Of a stretch of 32,000 bases of DNA, positions 17,127 through 27,734 are shown piece by piece. Positions within the stretch are counted from its first letter, which is position 1. The number at the start of each line of letters is the position of its first letter. Source of the stretch: Candidatus Atelocyanobacterium thalassa isolate ALOHA (GTDB taxonomy: Bacteria; Cyanobacteriota; Cyanobacteriia; Cyanobacteriales; Microcystaceae); assembly GCF_000025125.1 (NCBI RefSeq), contig NC_013771.1, positions 1,410,001 to 1,442,000 of the forward strand, written 5' to 3'. Under the pieces are notes generated by a model, which was not told where the DNA came from, did not search any database, and was given only the letters and a program-made list of their open reading frames with translations. The position numbers were made by a program, and so were the translations under genes.

Positions 17127-18566
17127 ATGAAAATTTTTGTGCCTAATAAGTTAAATTCTCCTTTTCGATGGATTTTAATCACAATAACAGGAGGAATTAT
17201 TTTTATTGGAGGATTAACCTACAAAATTACTAAAACTTCTACTTTAAAAAATAATCTTAATAACATATCCAGTACTGCGCAAAGAGAAAATCTGATTATT
17301 AATATAAAAGCTAATGGTGTATTGGAACCTGTAGAAAGTATTGATATAGGTCCTAAATATCCAGGGAGATTAGTTCAATTAGTTACTAAACAAGGAGAAA
17401 AAGTTAAGCAAGGACAGATTCTAGCATTCATGGAACGTGCAGAAATCAGAACTGAAGGGAAAATAGCTGACGCCAAATATAATCAATCTTTGGCTGAAAT
17501 GGAAGCAGCTAGAATACGTATTCCTAGTGAAATTCAGCAAGCACAAGCTCAATTTATTAAAGCAGAAGCTAGATTAGAAGAAATTAAAACTAAATTAGAG
17601 CAAGCTAGTAAAAGAAGTCCGAAAAAAATTGAGGAACTAAAAAAAGAGTTGGTTTTGTCTCAGTCTAATTTGCAATTAGCAACTTCAAAAATGAAACGAG
17701 GCGAAGAACTATTGCAAGAAGGTATTGTAAATCAAAATGATTTTGACAAGCTGGTGAATGATTACCACAAAGCCACAACAATTTTTTTAAAGAATAAAAC
17801 ATTTTTAAAACAAATTACCAATTCACAAAATTTAGAAATTAATCAGTTAAGACAAAAAGTTTTACAATCTAAAGCAGAAGTTACTGAAGCAAAAATCATT
17901 GTTGACGAGCGTAAAAAAATCGCTAAAAATGAGTTTTCTCGTCTAGAATCTTTGATTAATCTATCTAAAGCTCAATTAGAACAAGTTGTAATTAAGTTTG
18001 AAGATACTGCCATTCGATCTCCTTATGATGGTCTTGTGGTAAAACAGTATGCTAAACCAGGTGAATTTATTAACCCGATTTCAGCTTCTCTAAACTCAGT
18101 TATTTCTTTGGCAAAAGGGTTAAAAGTAATTGCAGAGATTCCAGAAATTGATATTAATAAAGTACAAGAGAATCAGCTTGTAACTATTACCTCTGATGTT
18201 TATCCTGGAGAATTATTTCAGGGCAAAGTTACTAGGATTTTTTCAAAACACATACCAGCAGATAATGTAAAGGTATTTAAAGTTTCAATTCAATTAATTA
18301 CTGGACAAAATAAATTATCTCCTGAAACAGGATTAAAAATAGCTTTCTTAGAAAAAAGAATACCTAATGCTTTAACTATCCCAAATAATACAATCATAAC
18401 TAAAGAGGGAAAAGTAGGTGTTTTACTTATAAACGAGTTTAACAAGCCTGAATTTCAGTCAGTTGTTTTAGGTAAGATTTTAAACAATAAAACTCAAATA
18501 CTTTCTGGATTGAATCCAGAAGATATATTATTGGTAAATTCTTTCAAGCAAGTCAATAATATCTAG
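17127..18566 (+). CDS. HlyD/DevB-type periplasmic adaptor (membrane fusion protein) of a tripartite efflux system
   Basis: 479 aa. It has an N-terminal TM anchor, a lipoyl-like half-motif (GRLVQLVTKQGEKVKQGQILAFME ... IRSPYDGLVVKQYAKPGEFI) and a long heptad-rich coiled coil between the two halves. Confidence 0.8.
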   Translation: MKIFVPNKLNSPFRWILITITGGIIFIGGLTYKITKTSTLKNNLNNISSTAQRENLIINIKANGVLEPVESIDIGPKYPGRLVQLVTKQGEKVKQGQILAFMERAEIRTEGKIADAKYNQSLAEMEAARIRIPSEIQQAQAQFIKAEARLEEIKTKLEQASKRSPKKIEELKKELVLSQSNLQLATSKMKRGEELLQEGIVNQNDFDKLVNDYHKATTIFLKNKTFLKQITNSQNLEINQLRQKVLQSKAEVTEAKIIVDERKKIAKNEFSRLESLINLSKAQLEQVVIKFEDTAIRSPYDGLVVKQYAKPGEFINPISASLNSVISLAKGLKVIAEIPEIDINKVQENQLVTITSDVYPGELFQGKVTRIFSKHIPADNVKVFKVSIQLITGQNKLSPETGLKIAFLEKRIPNALTIPNNTIITKEGKVGVLLINEFNKPEFQSVVLGKILNNKTQILSGLNPEDILLVNSFKQVNNI

Positions 18567-18778
18567 ACAATAATGATTATCTTTTTTCTAAAATGTATAA
18601 GATAAATCTAAAAATCCTTTACACCCACCAAGTTAGGTTCGGAAAACTACACTATCCTAGATCCCCTAAATCCCGTCACCATATGTATAAGTAATTGATA
18701 TTAAAGAAGACTTATTTTTAATAGTTTCAGTTAAATATCAGCTTTGAATAAAATTTATAGAAATTAAGGAGTCAAAAT

Positions 18779-20695
18779 ATGGGAAAAGTTGTTGGAATCG
18801 ATTTAGGAACTACTAATTCTTGTGTAGCAGTAATGGAAGGCGGAAAACCAACTGTTATCGCTAATGCAGAAGGATTTCGTACCACTCCATCTGTTGTTGC
18901 TTATACAAAAGCCGGTGATCGTTTAGTAGGTCAAATTGCTAAACGTCAAGCAGTAATGAATCCAGAAAATACATTTTACTCGGTTAAACGCTTCATAGGT
19001 CGGAAACATGATGAAGTAGGTTCAGGCTCTAGCGACATATCATATGACATTGTAAAAGATGGAAATGGTAATGTTAAATTAGAATGTTCTGCTCAAGGCA
19101 AACAATTCTCTGCTGAAGAAATATCGGCTCAAGTTTTACGTAAATTAGTTGACGATGCAAGTAAGTACCTTGGAGAAAAAGTAACTGAAGCAGTAATTAC
19201 TGTTCCTGCTTATTTTAATGATTCCCAGCGGCAAGCAACAAAAGACGCAGGAAAAATTGCTGGCATTGAAGTCAAACGTATTATCAATGAACCTACAGCT
19301 GCATCTCTAGCTTATGGCTTAGATAAGAAAAGTAATGAAACTATTTTAGTTTTTGATTTAGGTGGTGGAACTTTTGATGTATCTGTTCTAGAAGTAGGAG
19401 ATGGTGTTTTTGAAGTACTATCTACCTCTGGTGATACTCATTTGGGAGGAGATGATTTTGACAAAAAAATTGTTGATCATTTAGCTAGTACATTTCAAAA
19501 GAATGAAGGTATTGATCTTCGTAAAGATAAACAAGCTCTACAACGATTAACAGAAGCAGCAGAAAAAGCTAAGATCGAGTTATCTGGAGTTACTCAAAGT
19601 GAGATTAATCTTCCTTTCATCACAGCTACTCAGGAAGGCCCAAAACATCTTGACATGACTTTAACAAGAGCACAATTCGAAGAATTTTGCTCTGATCTTA
19701 TAGATCGTTCTCGTACTCCTGTAGAGAAAGCAATGAAAGATGCAAAACTAACTAAAGAAGATATTCATGAAGTAGTTTTAGTTGGAGGTTCTACACGTAT
19801 TCCTGCAGTACAAGAACTGGTTAAAAAAATATTAGGGAAAGATCCTAACAAAGGAGTTAACCCTGATGAAGTCGTAGCTATGGGAGCTGCTATTCAAGGA
19901 GGAGTTCTAGCAGGGGAAGTTAAAGATATTTTACTTCTTGATGTTACTCCACTTTCACTTGGAGTAGAAACTTTAGGTGGTGTTATGACAAAAATTATTC
20001 CTCGGAATACTACTATTCCAACAAAAAAATCCGAGGTTTTTTCCACTGCAGTTGATAGTCAAAGTAATGTAGAAATTCATGTACTCCAAGGAGAACGTGA
20101 AATGGCCAAGGATAATAAAGATTTAGGTCTGTTTCGCTTAGATGGTATTCCTCCAGCACCTCGTGGCGTTCCTCAAATTGAAGTAACTTTCGATATTGAT
20201 GCGAATGGTATCCTTAACGTAACAGCTAAAGATAAAGGAACTGGTAAAGAACAGTCTATTAGTATTACTGGAGCTTCCACTTTACCGGATAAAGAAGTTG
20301 ATAGAATGGTAAAAGAGGCTGAAGAAAATGCAAATGAAGATAAAGAACGTAGAGAAAAAATTGATCGCAAAAACCAGGCCGATTCATTAGTTTATCAAGC
20401 AGATAAGCAACTTAAAGAGCTAGAAGATAAAGTATCAACTGATGATAAATCTAAAGCTGAAGATTTAATTAAACAGTTAAAAGAAGCGATTGCTGAAGAT
20501 AATGATGATAATATAAAGTCATTAACTGAAGAATTACAACAACTTCTTTACAGTATTGGTACTAGTGTTTATCAACAATCAGAGTCAAATACAGATACTC
20601 CAGATTCTGATGATGCTTCTAACCCAAGTTCAGAGGATGATGCTTCTGGTACTAATGATGATGTAATAGATGCTGAGTTCTCAGAGTCTAAATAG
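18779..20695 (+). CDS. dnaK: molecular chaperone DnaK (Hsp70)
   Basis: 638 aa with [19 protein letters not shown] and [10 protein letters not shown] signatures, an acidic C-terminal tail, and AAGGAG 7 nt upstream. Confidence 0.97.
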   Translation: MGKVVGIDLGTTNSCVAVMEGGKPTVIANAEGFRTTPSVVAYTKAGDRLVGQIAKRQAVMNPENTFYSVKRFIGRKHDEVGSGSSDISYDIVKDGNGNVKLECSAQGKQFSAEEISAQVLRKLVDDASKYLGEKVTEAVITVPAYFNDSQRQATKDAGKIAGIEVKRIINEPTAASLAYGLDKKSNETILVFDLGGGTFDVSVLEVGDGVFEVLSTSGDTHLGGDDFDKKIVDHLASTFQKNEGIDLRKDKQALQRLTEAAEKAKIELSGVTQSEINLPFITATQEGPKHLDMTLTRAQFEEFCSDLIDRSRTPVEKAMKDAKLTKEDIHEVVLVGGSTRIPAVQELVKKILGKDPNKGVNPDEVVAMGAAIQGGVLAGEVKDILLLDVTPLSLGVETLGGVMTKIIPRNTTIPTKKSEVFSTAVDSQSNVEIHVLQGEREMAKDNKDLGLFRLDGIPPAPRGVPQIEVTFDIDANGILNVTAKDKGTGKEQSISITGASTLPDKEVDRMVKEAEENANEDKERREKIDRKNQADSLVYQADKQLKELEDKVSTDDKSKAEDLIKQLKEAIAEDNDDNIKSLTEELQQLLYSIGTSVYQQSESNTDTPDSDDASNPSSEDDASGTNDDVIDAEFSESK

Positions 20696-20763
20696 TTCTA
20701 AAATATTTGCAACTGTGAACTAATAAAAATTTACGATCAACTTGGTAAATTTCTGATAATTTT

Positions 20764-20804
20764 ATTCTTTAACCAATTTTAAATTATATCTTTGGTTAAA
20801 GAGT
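20764..20804 (+). terminator. hairpin downstream of dnaK
   Basis: CTTTAACCAA (20767-20776) pairs with TTGGTTAAAG (20792-20801). The stem extends to 13 bp with one G-U pair, and the loop is 15 nt. It lies 69 nt after the stop. The stem is AT-rich, so strength is moderate. Confidence 0.5.
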
Positions 20805-21030
20805 AAAATTAATATCGGTTTATTCAGTAGGCGAAAGAATTGCTAATTGCCAATATTATGCATACTGAAGATATAAGATATGTATAAATTAATCCTAAAT
20901 CATGTCTTTTTTTTTAGAAAAAACATCTCTTATACTATTTTTTACTTTCTAAAATTATTTTTTTACCAGTAATTATTGACTTTTTTAAAAAAAAGTCTTA
21001 ACTTTAACAAGTTGTTAAAGGTATGAATAT

Positions 21031-21861
21031 ATGACGATTGAATCACCTATTCCAGTTATTGTTAATGGTGCTGGAGGAAAAATGGGGCGTGAAGTAATTA
21101 AACATGTTTCCCTGTCTAAGGATATGGTATTGATAGGTGCTGTAGATAAGAATTCTAATTATCTTGGAAAAGATATTGGGGAATTAGTTGGAATTGGAAA
21201 CTTGGAAATTCCTGTTATTAATGATTTAGAAAGTATGTTGATAACAGCTACGCAAGAAAAAGTACCAGGAGTCATAGTTGACTTTACTCATCCAAGTAAT
21301 GTGTACAACAATATAAGAACAGCAATTGCTTATGGAGTACGCCCTGTCGTTGGAACTACAGGGGGATTAACAGAAGAACAACTAAAAGATTTAGAAGAGT
21401 TTTCAGATAAAGCAAGTACTGGATGTCTAGTTATTCCCAACTTTTCTATAGGGATAGTATTACTTCAAAAAGCTGCTATACAAGCTTCAAAGTACTTTGA
21501 TGATGTTGAAATAGTTGAATCCCATCATAATCACAAAGTAGATGCTCCAAGCGGTACAGCAATTCAAACAGCTCAAATGTTATCCAATTCTGGAAAAATT
21601 TATAATACTTCTTCTAAAGAAGAGACAGAAACTACAGGATCTTCTAGAGGCTGTTTAGCATCTAATAACGTTAATATACATAGTATTCGTTTGCCTGGTT
21701 TAATTGCTCATCAAGAAGTGATTTTTGGTTCTGAAGGACAAGTTTATACTCTTCGTCATGATACTAGTAATCGTACATGTTATATGCCTGGAGTCTTACT
21801 TGCTATAAGACAAGTAACTCAACTGAAGCATCTAGTTTATGGATTAGACAAAATTCTCTAA
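21031..21861 (+). CDS. dapB: 4-hydroxy-tetrahydrodipicolinate reductase
   Basis: 276 aa. [13 protein letters not shown] is the nucleotide-binding motif and [15 protein letters not shown] is the DapB signature. Confidence 0.93.
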   Translation: MTIESPIPVIVNGAGGKMGREVIKHVSLSKDMVLIGAVDKNSNYLGKDIGELVGIGNLEIPVINDLESMLITATQEKVPGVIVDFTHPSNVYNNIRTAIAYGVRPVVGTTGGLTEEQLKDLEEFSDKASTGCLVIPNFSIGIVLLQKAAIQASKYFDDVEIVESHHNHKVDAPSGTAIQTAQMLSNSGKIYNTSSKEETETTGSSRGCLASNNVNIHSIRLPGLIAHQEVIFGSEGQVYTLRHDTSNRTCYMPGVLLAIRQVTQLKHLVYGLDKIL

Positions 21862-21910
21862 GTAAAATTAATATTTAATAACTATACTTTTGCTTATAAA
21901 GCATGAAAAC

Positions 21911-23122
21911 TTAATTCTTATTATGTAAAGAATTGTGTTTTAGTCCAGACAAAATAATATCTTTCTCGACTTTACTTAACCCTTTCCCTTGAATTAATAC
22001 TTTAAAACGGCCTAATCCTCCAGGATCTATCAACTGACGTAGGCTATCTCTTCTGGCTAATACATCTGATAATTTATATTTATTGGAAGATAACTCAGCT
22101 AAACGTTCACCCAGGCCTAAATTAATAAAAAACAATTCTTGTTGAGTTAATCCAATTAGTTCCAAACCTAATAGATTACCTTGTATCTCCATAGCTGAAA
22201 AATCTACGTGAGCAGTTATATCCTGAGATCCAAGATTAATATAAGGATTGCAATGATAACGATGTTGATAGTAACAACTTAAAGTACCTTGGTACCTTTG
22301 CGGATGATAATATTTAGAAGCAATATGCCCATAATCGATTGTAACTAAATATCCTTTCTTAATTTTATGCGATACAGTCTCTAGCCAATTTAAAGCTTTT
22401 AAGTTGACTTCTGTTCTATAGTTTTCTGGATAATGTTGACTAGTTAAATCTATATTAATTAATTGAAAATATTCCAGCAATTGAGAGGTCGATAGTTCTT
22501 GGATAGTTTCTTCAATATTACCTTCTCTGACAGTAACATATACCTCTTTAAGCTCTTTATCTTGAACAATAATTTGATGTACCGGAAAAGCGTCTATTAG
22601 TTCATTACTGAAAATACATCCAACTACTGAATTATTAGAGATATCTTCCCACGAGCTCCACTTTATTTTACTGAAATGTTTTAAATGTTCTTTTTGTTTT
22701 TTGATTAATGCTTCGGATTCTTCAATAATAATATAGTCAAGTATTTGATAGAATTCAGGATATTTTTTTTCCAGATATTTGAGTATGTCAGAAGCCAAGA
22801 CAGCATAACCAGCGCCTACTTCAATCAAAGTAAATTTATTAGAACAACCTAAAGTTTCAGCCATCTCTTTAAATTGTTCTGCTAATAATTCTCCAAAATC
22901 AGGACCTAATGAAGAAGATGTGAAGAAATCTCCTTCCGATCCAATATTTACGTTTCCAGAGCCATAGTATCCCTGTTGTGAATCATATAAGACTAGATTC
23001 ATATAATCGAAAAAAGTAATGCACTTATTAGTGGTTGATTGAACTTTATCATTAACAATGTCTAATATACTTCGCATACTCTTAAAATCATGAAAAATAT
23101 TATTTTTTGTAGCTAATATCAT
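21911..23122 (-). CDS. class I SAM-dependent methyltransferase, MidA/NDUFAF7 (DUF185) family
   Basis: 403 aa. YYGSGNVNIGSEGDFFTSSSLGPDFGELLA followed by LIEVGAGYAVLASDIL, and later ITAHVDFS. This layout is typical of DUF185. Confidence 0.72.
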   Translation of the reverse strand: MILATKNNIFHDFKSMRSILDIVNDKVQSTTNKCITFFDYMNLVLYDSQQGYYGSGNVNIGSEGDFFTSSSLGPDFGELLAEQFKEMAETLGCSNKFTLIEVGAGYAVLASDILKYLEKKYPEFYQILDYIIIEESEALIKKQKEHLKHFSKIKWSSWEDISNNSVVGCIFSNELIDAFPVHQIIVQDKELKEVYVTVREGNIEETIQELSTSQLLEYFQLINIDLTSQHYPENYRTEVNLKALNWLETVSHKIKKGYLVTIDYGHIASKYYHPQRYQGTLSCYYQHRYHCNPYINLGSQDITAHVDFSAMEIQGNLLGLELIGLTQQELFFINLGLGERLAELSSNKYKLSDVLARRDSLRQLIDPGGLGRFKVLIQGKGLSKVEKDIILSGLKHNSLHNKN

Positions 23123-23349
23123 TATGATACTAATACTAAATCGTTGTTTGAATACTTAAGTTAAGATATATCTTTTTAAGTTTTATTGAATTAGGCAACA
23201 TCTTTAATATGAGATTTGCTCTTTAATTTAAAAAAAATTAAATGATTAATCTAAAAACAATCGATGGTATGATGCAACTTAACAGATAAAAGACATAACT
23301 TATTTATCTTTTTTATGTAAAATTTTAAGATCTAAGTAGAGAATTTACT

Positions 23350-23559
23350 ATGCTTATTAAAGAGTTACAACCTATCGCAAAAGAATTTATTCAACAACCT
23401 CTTGCTTTTACTGGTGGATTCGTTTCTAGTATGCTCAAATTAAAAATAACAGATGATCCTTTGAAAAAATGGTTACAAAAGCAAGGATTGAATTCTTGTA
23501 AGTTTCACGACGATCTTGACGAAAAAAGATCAGGACCTCAGAATATATCAATTGATTAG
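23350..23559 (+). CDS. hypothetical 69-aa protein
   Basis: ORF only. The composition looks protein-like (MLIKELQPIAKEFIQQPLAFTGGFVSSMLKLKITDDPLKKWLQKQG). No motif recognised. Confidence 0.4.
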   Translation: MLIKELQPIAKEFIQQPLAFTGGFVSSMLKLKITDDPLKKWLQKQGLNSCKFHDDLDEKRSGPQNISID

Positions 23560-23662
23560 CATTGGTATCGAAACATTTTTTATTGCAGAAGCTTTATCTT
23601 GTTTATTTAAATAATTCATCACCATAAAAAATGATTGATTTATGATCTAATCAATTAAGATA

Positions 23663-25081
23663 TTAACAATGTGTTGTTGAAAATTTTGAATAATTAGCAC
23701 AATGTATTAAAAATCTTCTTGGAATCTTTAAAGAGTTGCCAAAATGTAAGTGTAAATAGGAAGCATGAATATTATAATTACACCATCCTTCTGTATAACT
23801 TGAAACTTGTCCATACCAGCTCGAAAGTTTAAAAAGAGGATAAGAAGATCTAATGGTTAACGTAGAATGGTGAAATTCATGACCCCAAACAGTTTCACCT
23901 GGCTTAAATATAAATCCTGAATTATATGCTATCGCCTGTCTATAGCCTAAAGTTAAATGACGCTCCATTTTTGCAGTAGTTGGCAATATTCCTGTCATTG
24001 GCCAAGAATCTCCTTCTAAAGTAATAATATTTTTACAGAGATACATGAGACCTCCACATTCTGCATATAGCGGTATACCTTTAGAAATGGCTAATTTTAA
24101 AGATTTTATGGCTCTTTTATTGCTTGATAATGATTGAGTAAACATTTCTGGAAATCCTCCTCCTATATAAATTCCAACAATATCTTTTGGTAGAATTTCA
24201 TTTTTTAGAGGACTCCAGTAAATTAATTCAGCGCCTAAATCCTCTAACAAATCTAAGTTGTCAGCGTAATAAAAGTTAAATGCTTTATCATTTGCAACTG
24301 CTATTTTAAGGCGAGTAGAGGAACTTACAGGAAGTTGATAAGGTAATACATCGTTATTGTGGTAACTAGTTTGAACTTTTGATTTCTTAACTAAAAAATC
24401 CCAATCAAGACAGCTTTGAGCTAAGTAGGCTAGTTTCTCAAAAAGTATTTCAAGATTATTTAGTTCATCAACAGGAATTAATCCAAGGTGACGATGTGGA
24501 ATTGTTAAATTATCTTGATAGTAAATACACCCCAGTATTAAAACCTTAGTAGATTGTAAAGATTCTTTTAATAATGCCAAATGGCGTTGGCTTTTGACCT
24601 GGTTTAAAATTACTCCTAAGATATTTATATTAGGATCTAGGAAACGGTAACCATATACAATTGCAGCTATAGATATTGAAAGACGACTACAATCAATAAC
24701 AAGAACTATTGGAATATTTAACAACAACCCTACATGAGCAGTACTAGAGTAATGCAACATACTTTCATCTTTAGTATTGTTATTAACTTTACTTAATGGA
24801 ACTCCATCAAATAAACCCATAACTCCTTCTATAAGTGCATAATCAGCTCCTTGACAATTCTTGTGAAAACAATATTTAACATAATCTTCAGAAGTCATTA
24901 AAGGATCTAAATTACGACAATTTCTCCCAGTAATGTAAGTATGAAACATAGGATCTATATAGTCTGGGCCAACCTTAAAAGGTTGAACTTTTACTTTTTT
25001 TTGACGTAAAAACGACAATAAAGCAAGAGTTATAGTTGTCTTACCAGTCCCACTACGATCACCTGCAATTATTAAAGCCAT
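23663..25081 (-). CDS. cobB: cobyrinate a,c-diamide synthase
   Basis: 472 aa. N-terminal P-loop GDRSGTGKTTITLAL. C-terminal glutamine amidotransferase with nucleophile AECGGLMYL and HEFHHS. Confidence 0.9.
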   Translation of the reverse strand: MALIIAGDRSGTGKTTITLALLSFLRQKKVKVQPFKVGPDYIDPMFHTYITGRNCRNLDPLMTSEDYVKYCFHKNCQGADYALIEGVMGLFDGVPLSKVNNNTKDESMLHYSSTAHVGLLLNIPIVLVIDCSRLSISIAAIVYGYRFLDPNINILGVILNQVKSQRHLALLKESLQSTKVLILGCIYYQDNLTIPHRHLGLIPVDELNNLEILFEKLAYLAQSCLDWDFLVKKSKVQTSYHNNDVLPYQLPVSSSTRLKIAVANDKAFNFYYADNLDLLEDLGAELIYWSPLKNEILPKDIVGIYIGGGFPEMFTQSLSSNKRAIKSLKLAISKGIPLYAECGGLMYLCKNIITLEGDSWPMTGILPTTAKMERHLTLGYRQAIAYNSGFIFKPGETVWGHEFHHSTLTIRSSYPLFKLSSWYGQVSSYTEGWCNYNIHASYLHLHFGNSLKIPRRFLIHCANYSKFSTTHC

Positions 25082-25210
25082 TACATTTACCTGTAATTTT
25101 AATAAAATTAATTTTTGGGAAAATTCTTTCCTATTTGAATATTTTATTTTTCAAAATAGTTCTGTTATGTTTTTTATTCATGTGTTGAATTTCTTAACAG
25201 AAAAGATATT

Positions 25211-25984
25211 TTATTGATTTAAGCACTGAGAACAAAAATTTATAATATCAGATATTTGTTCTGTAGATTTAGGATAATTTATACTAGGACGTTGGATAAT
25301 AATCAGAGATGTTCCCAGTATTTTAGAAACTTTTTTCTTTATATCTTCTCCACCTTGTTTCCCTGAAGCTTTTGTGACCACTATATCAATTTTCCATTGC
25401 TCCCATATGGCTTTTTCTAATTCTAAATTTATAGGAGGACGTAGACTAATAATATGTTTTTCTTTAAACCCTGCAGCTAAAGCTATTTCAAGAGAGCTCA
25501 ATCTGGGTAGAATTCGTGTAAATAGGAGAGATTTTTCGTGCCATAATTTAAACATGGGTAAAAATTTACAACCTATCGTAAGTAGAACTCTTTTATTAGT
25601 TAAATATTCTTTTTCGATTAAAGTCTCTAAGCTATCTAAATAAGTTATCTGAGAATCTATAGGAAGAGAAGATCTTTGATAATTTATATATGGTATTCCA
25701 GAAGATTGAGCTATACTTATTGCCTGTTGCGAAATATTTTCAGCGAATGGATGTGATGCATCAATAATTCCTTTAATTTTTTCTTGGTAGCAAAAGTTCC
25801 GGATATCTTTTGTGCTAAGTCTACCTATTCTTAGGTTGATTTTGGGGGCTTCTTTATATAAATCAATAGCTTGTGAAGTCGTCGCTGTAGCTATACAAGG
25901 AAAAAAATTATTAGTGATGATTTTTGCTATTTTAGCACTATCTCCTGTCCCTCCGATTAACCAAAGTTTTCCATTAGTTTTCAT
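25211..25984 (-). CDS. cobK: precorrin-6A / cobalt-precorrin-6A reductase
   Basis: 257 aa. LWLIGGTGDS at the N-terminus, IDASHPFA, and VVTKASG.QGG near the C-terminus. It lies directly upstream of, and co-directional with, cobB. Confidence 0.8.
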   Translation of the reverse strand: MKTNGKLWLIGGTGDSAKIAKIITNNFFPCIATATTSQAIDLYKEAPKINLRIGRLSTKDIRNFCYQEKIKGIIDASHPFAENISQQAISIAQSSGIPYINYQRSSLPIDSQITYLDSLETLIEKEYLTNKRVLLTIGCKFLPMFKLWHEKSLLFTRILPRLSSLEIALAAGFKEKHIISLRPPINLELEKAIWEQWKIDIVVTKASGKQGGEDIKKKVSKILGTSLIIIQRPSINYPKSTEQISDIINFCSQCLNQ

Positions 25985-26320
25985 AAATTAAGCTAAGAAC
26001 ACAATATTTCTATGATATTTTATTTAAAAATAAATTTAGTTGTTATAACTTTATCTAAATACTCAGCTAGGATAGCGCTTAATATATCTAATTATTAACT
26101 AAACGTACGCTTAATAGTGATTTAGTTATTGATATTGAAAAAATTCATTTATATACATTTATCGCATAAAAACATTATTAAAGTAACTATAGATTGATAT
26201 AAAGTTATAAAAAATTTAAGATTATTTAAGTTTTATTTTTTTGTGAGCAAACTTTAAGAAGAGCGGTTATGATTACAAACATAGCATGTTAAATTGTTCA
26301 AAATTTAAGTAAATTTATCA

Positions 26321-26722
26321 ATGGTTAATCTCTTCAAATTGTTCCTTAACTTCAATGTTATTTTATATTTACTAGGTACTTCTTCTGTTTATGCTCAATC
26401 TCTAAGGCAATATAAGAATATCAATTTAAAACAATTCCAAGAGTGCATAAAGCCTCCAGGATCTAATGGTTCTGAGCAAGGATGGGCAGATTATTACGGA
26501 GAAAATAATGGGAAAATAGAATTAAAAGTAAAGAACCAACCTATGATCTCCGATGGAACTGTTGCTGCTAAGCTAAACTATGAATTTAAACCATTGAAAA
26601 AAACTTTAACTTTAGAGATACTAGAAAAAACTAAATTTATGTTCGGCATGGTTGAAGCTTCAGACCAGCAAATTTGGGAAGGTTTTGATGGTTTAGTAGA
26701 AGAATGTCAAAAATATGATTAA
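26321..26722 (+). CDS. hypothetical small secreted protein
   Basis: 133 aa. Signal-peptide-like N-terminus (MVNLFKLFLNFNVILYLLGTSSVYAQS). The mature part is hydrophilic with two Cys. No family recognised. Confidence 0.5.
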   Translation: MVNLFKLFLNFNVILYLLGTSSVYAQSLRQYKNINLKQFQECIKPPGSNGSEQGWADYYGENNGKIELKVKNQPMISDGTVAAKLNYEFKPLKKTLTLEILEKTKFMFGMVEASDQQIWEGFDGLVEECQKYD

Positions 26723-26755
26723 AAGTTTTTTAAAGGTTTATTTCAAGCTTTTTTA

Positions 26756-27656
26756 CTAAACTTTTTTTATCTTACATATTCTATAGGCACACCATTGCTC
26801 TTTTTGAGAGTAGTTAGTTACAGTCCATCCATGTTTTTCTAATATATTCACAACACTCTCTGATTGACTTAATAAAATTCCACTCAGGATCATCCACGTA
26901 TTGGGTTGTGCTAACTTGGAGAGCTTTTGGAAATTTATCAATTATTGTCTCAGCTAAAATATTACAAATAATTCCGCCAAACTTGTTAGGCATTAATTCT
27001 GATAATTTATCAATACTCTGTTGATAAATTGTTAAAATATTTGGATTAATCTGGTTGATATGTTGATTTTTCTGTGCTACGCTCACCGCCAAAGAATCTA
27101 TATCAATAGCGTGTACTTTGTTTGCTCCTAGTAAAGCAGCGGCGATCGCTAAAACACCTGAACCTGTACCAATATCTAAAATTGATATGTTTTCTAAATG
27201 ATTAGCTAAGCACATTTCTAAGAAATTCAAAGATAATTGCGTAGTAGGATGAGTACCTGTACCAAATACTGTTCCTGGATCAAGTCGTAAAATTAATTTT
27301 TCTGTACTTCTAGGGATAGTTAACCAAGCAGGATAAATGAGAAAATGCTGGCCTATCTCAGTAGGTTGCCAATATTTTTTCCATCTATTACTCCAGTCCT
27401 CATCATTAATTAGTTTCCAGCAAGCAAGTGGCTTAGGTAGATACAGATTTAAAGCATCTTGATGTAACCAAAAGAATAAAGTAGAAATTTCTAAAGATTG
27501 ATATTTTAACTTCGGGATATAAGCTTGGATCGTATAAAACTTTCCCCTGAATTCTCTTGATGCACCCAAGCATCCGAACTGCTCTAGACGCCAGCATATT
27601 GAATCCTCTAAATTAGGATGGCATAAGATTGTAATTTCCCACCAATTAGTTGACAT
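26756..27656 (-). pseudogene. prmA: ribosomal protein L11 methyltransferase PrmA, frame broken once near the 3' end (ORFs 26814-27656 and 26756-26941)
   Basis: The 280-aa ORF carries GTGTHPTT and the SAM motif ILDIGTGSGVLAIAAALLGA, and ends ICNILAETIIDKFPK followed by out-of-family sequence. The +1 frame continues with the expected PrmA C-terminus LSKLAQPNTWMILSGILLSQSESVVNILEKHGW. Confidence 0.8.
27142..27149. repeat. HIP1 octamer GCGATCGC, the only complete copy I found in the window
   Basis: Exact GCGATCGC inside prmA. Other occurrences are degraded, for example TCGATCGC near 31165 and GCGATCAT near 27672. Confidence 0.6.
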
Positions 27657-27734
27657 AAAGCTAAAATAGTTGCGATCATTGACAAAAAATTCAGCAAATA
27701 TTTTTACTAAATCTATAAATTTAAAAAATAATAC

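Noticed and set aside
18568-18581. CAATAATGATTATC, resembling part of the classical Fur box, just after the HlyD-adaptor stop
   Set aside because: It is only a partial match. It lies at a gene's 3' end, about 200 nt from dnaK, which is not an expected Fur target. Such AT-rich near-matches are expected by chance in this composition.
20173-20370. 65-aa minus-strand ORF
   Set aside because: It is antisense to dnaK.
20976-21004. TTGACT-N17-TAACTT upstream of dapB as a sigma70-type promoter
   Set aside because: The geometry is right, but the -10 hexamer is weak. TTGAC-like strings are common in the AT-rich spacers, so the evidence is not strong enough to list it as a feature.
23284-23314. AGATAAA / TTTATCT hairpin followed by TTTTT on the plus strand, upstream of the 69-aa ORF
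   Set aside because: The 7-bp stem has a single G-C pair and a 12-nt loop. There is no upstream plus-strand gene for it to terminate. It is most likely chance in AT-rich DNA.
25374-25643. 89-aa plus-strand ORF
   Set aside because: It is antisense to cobK.
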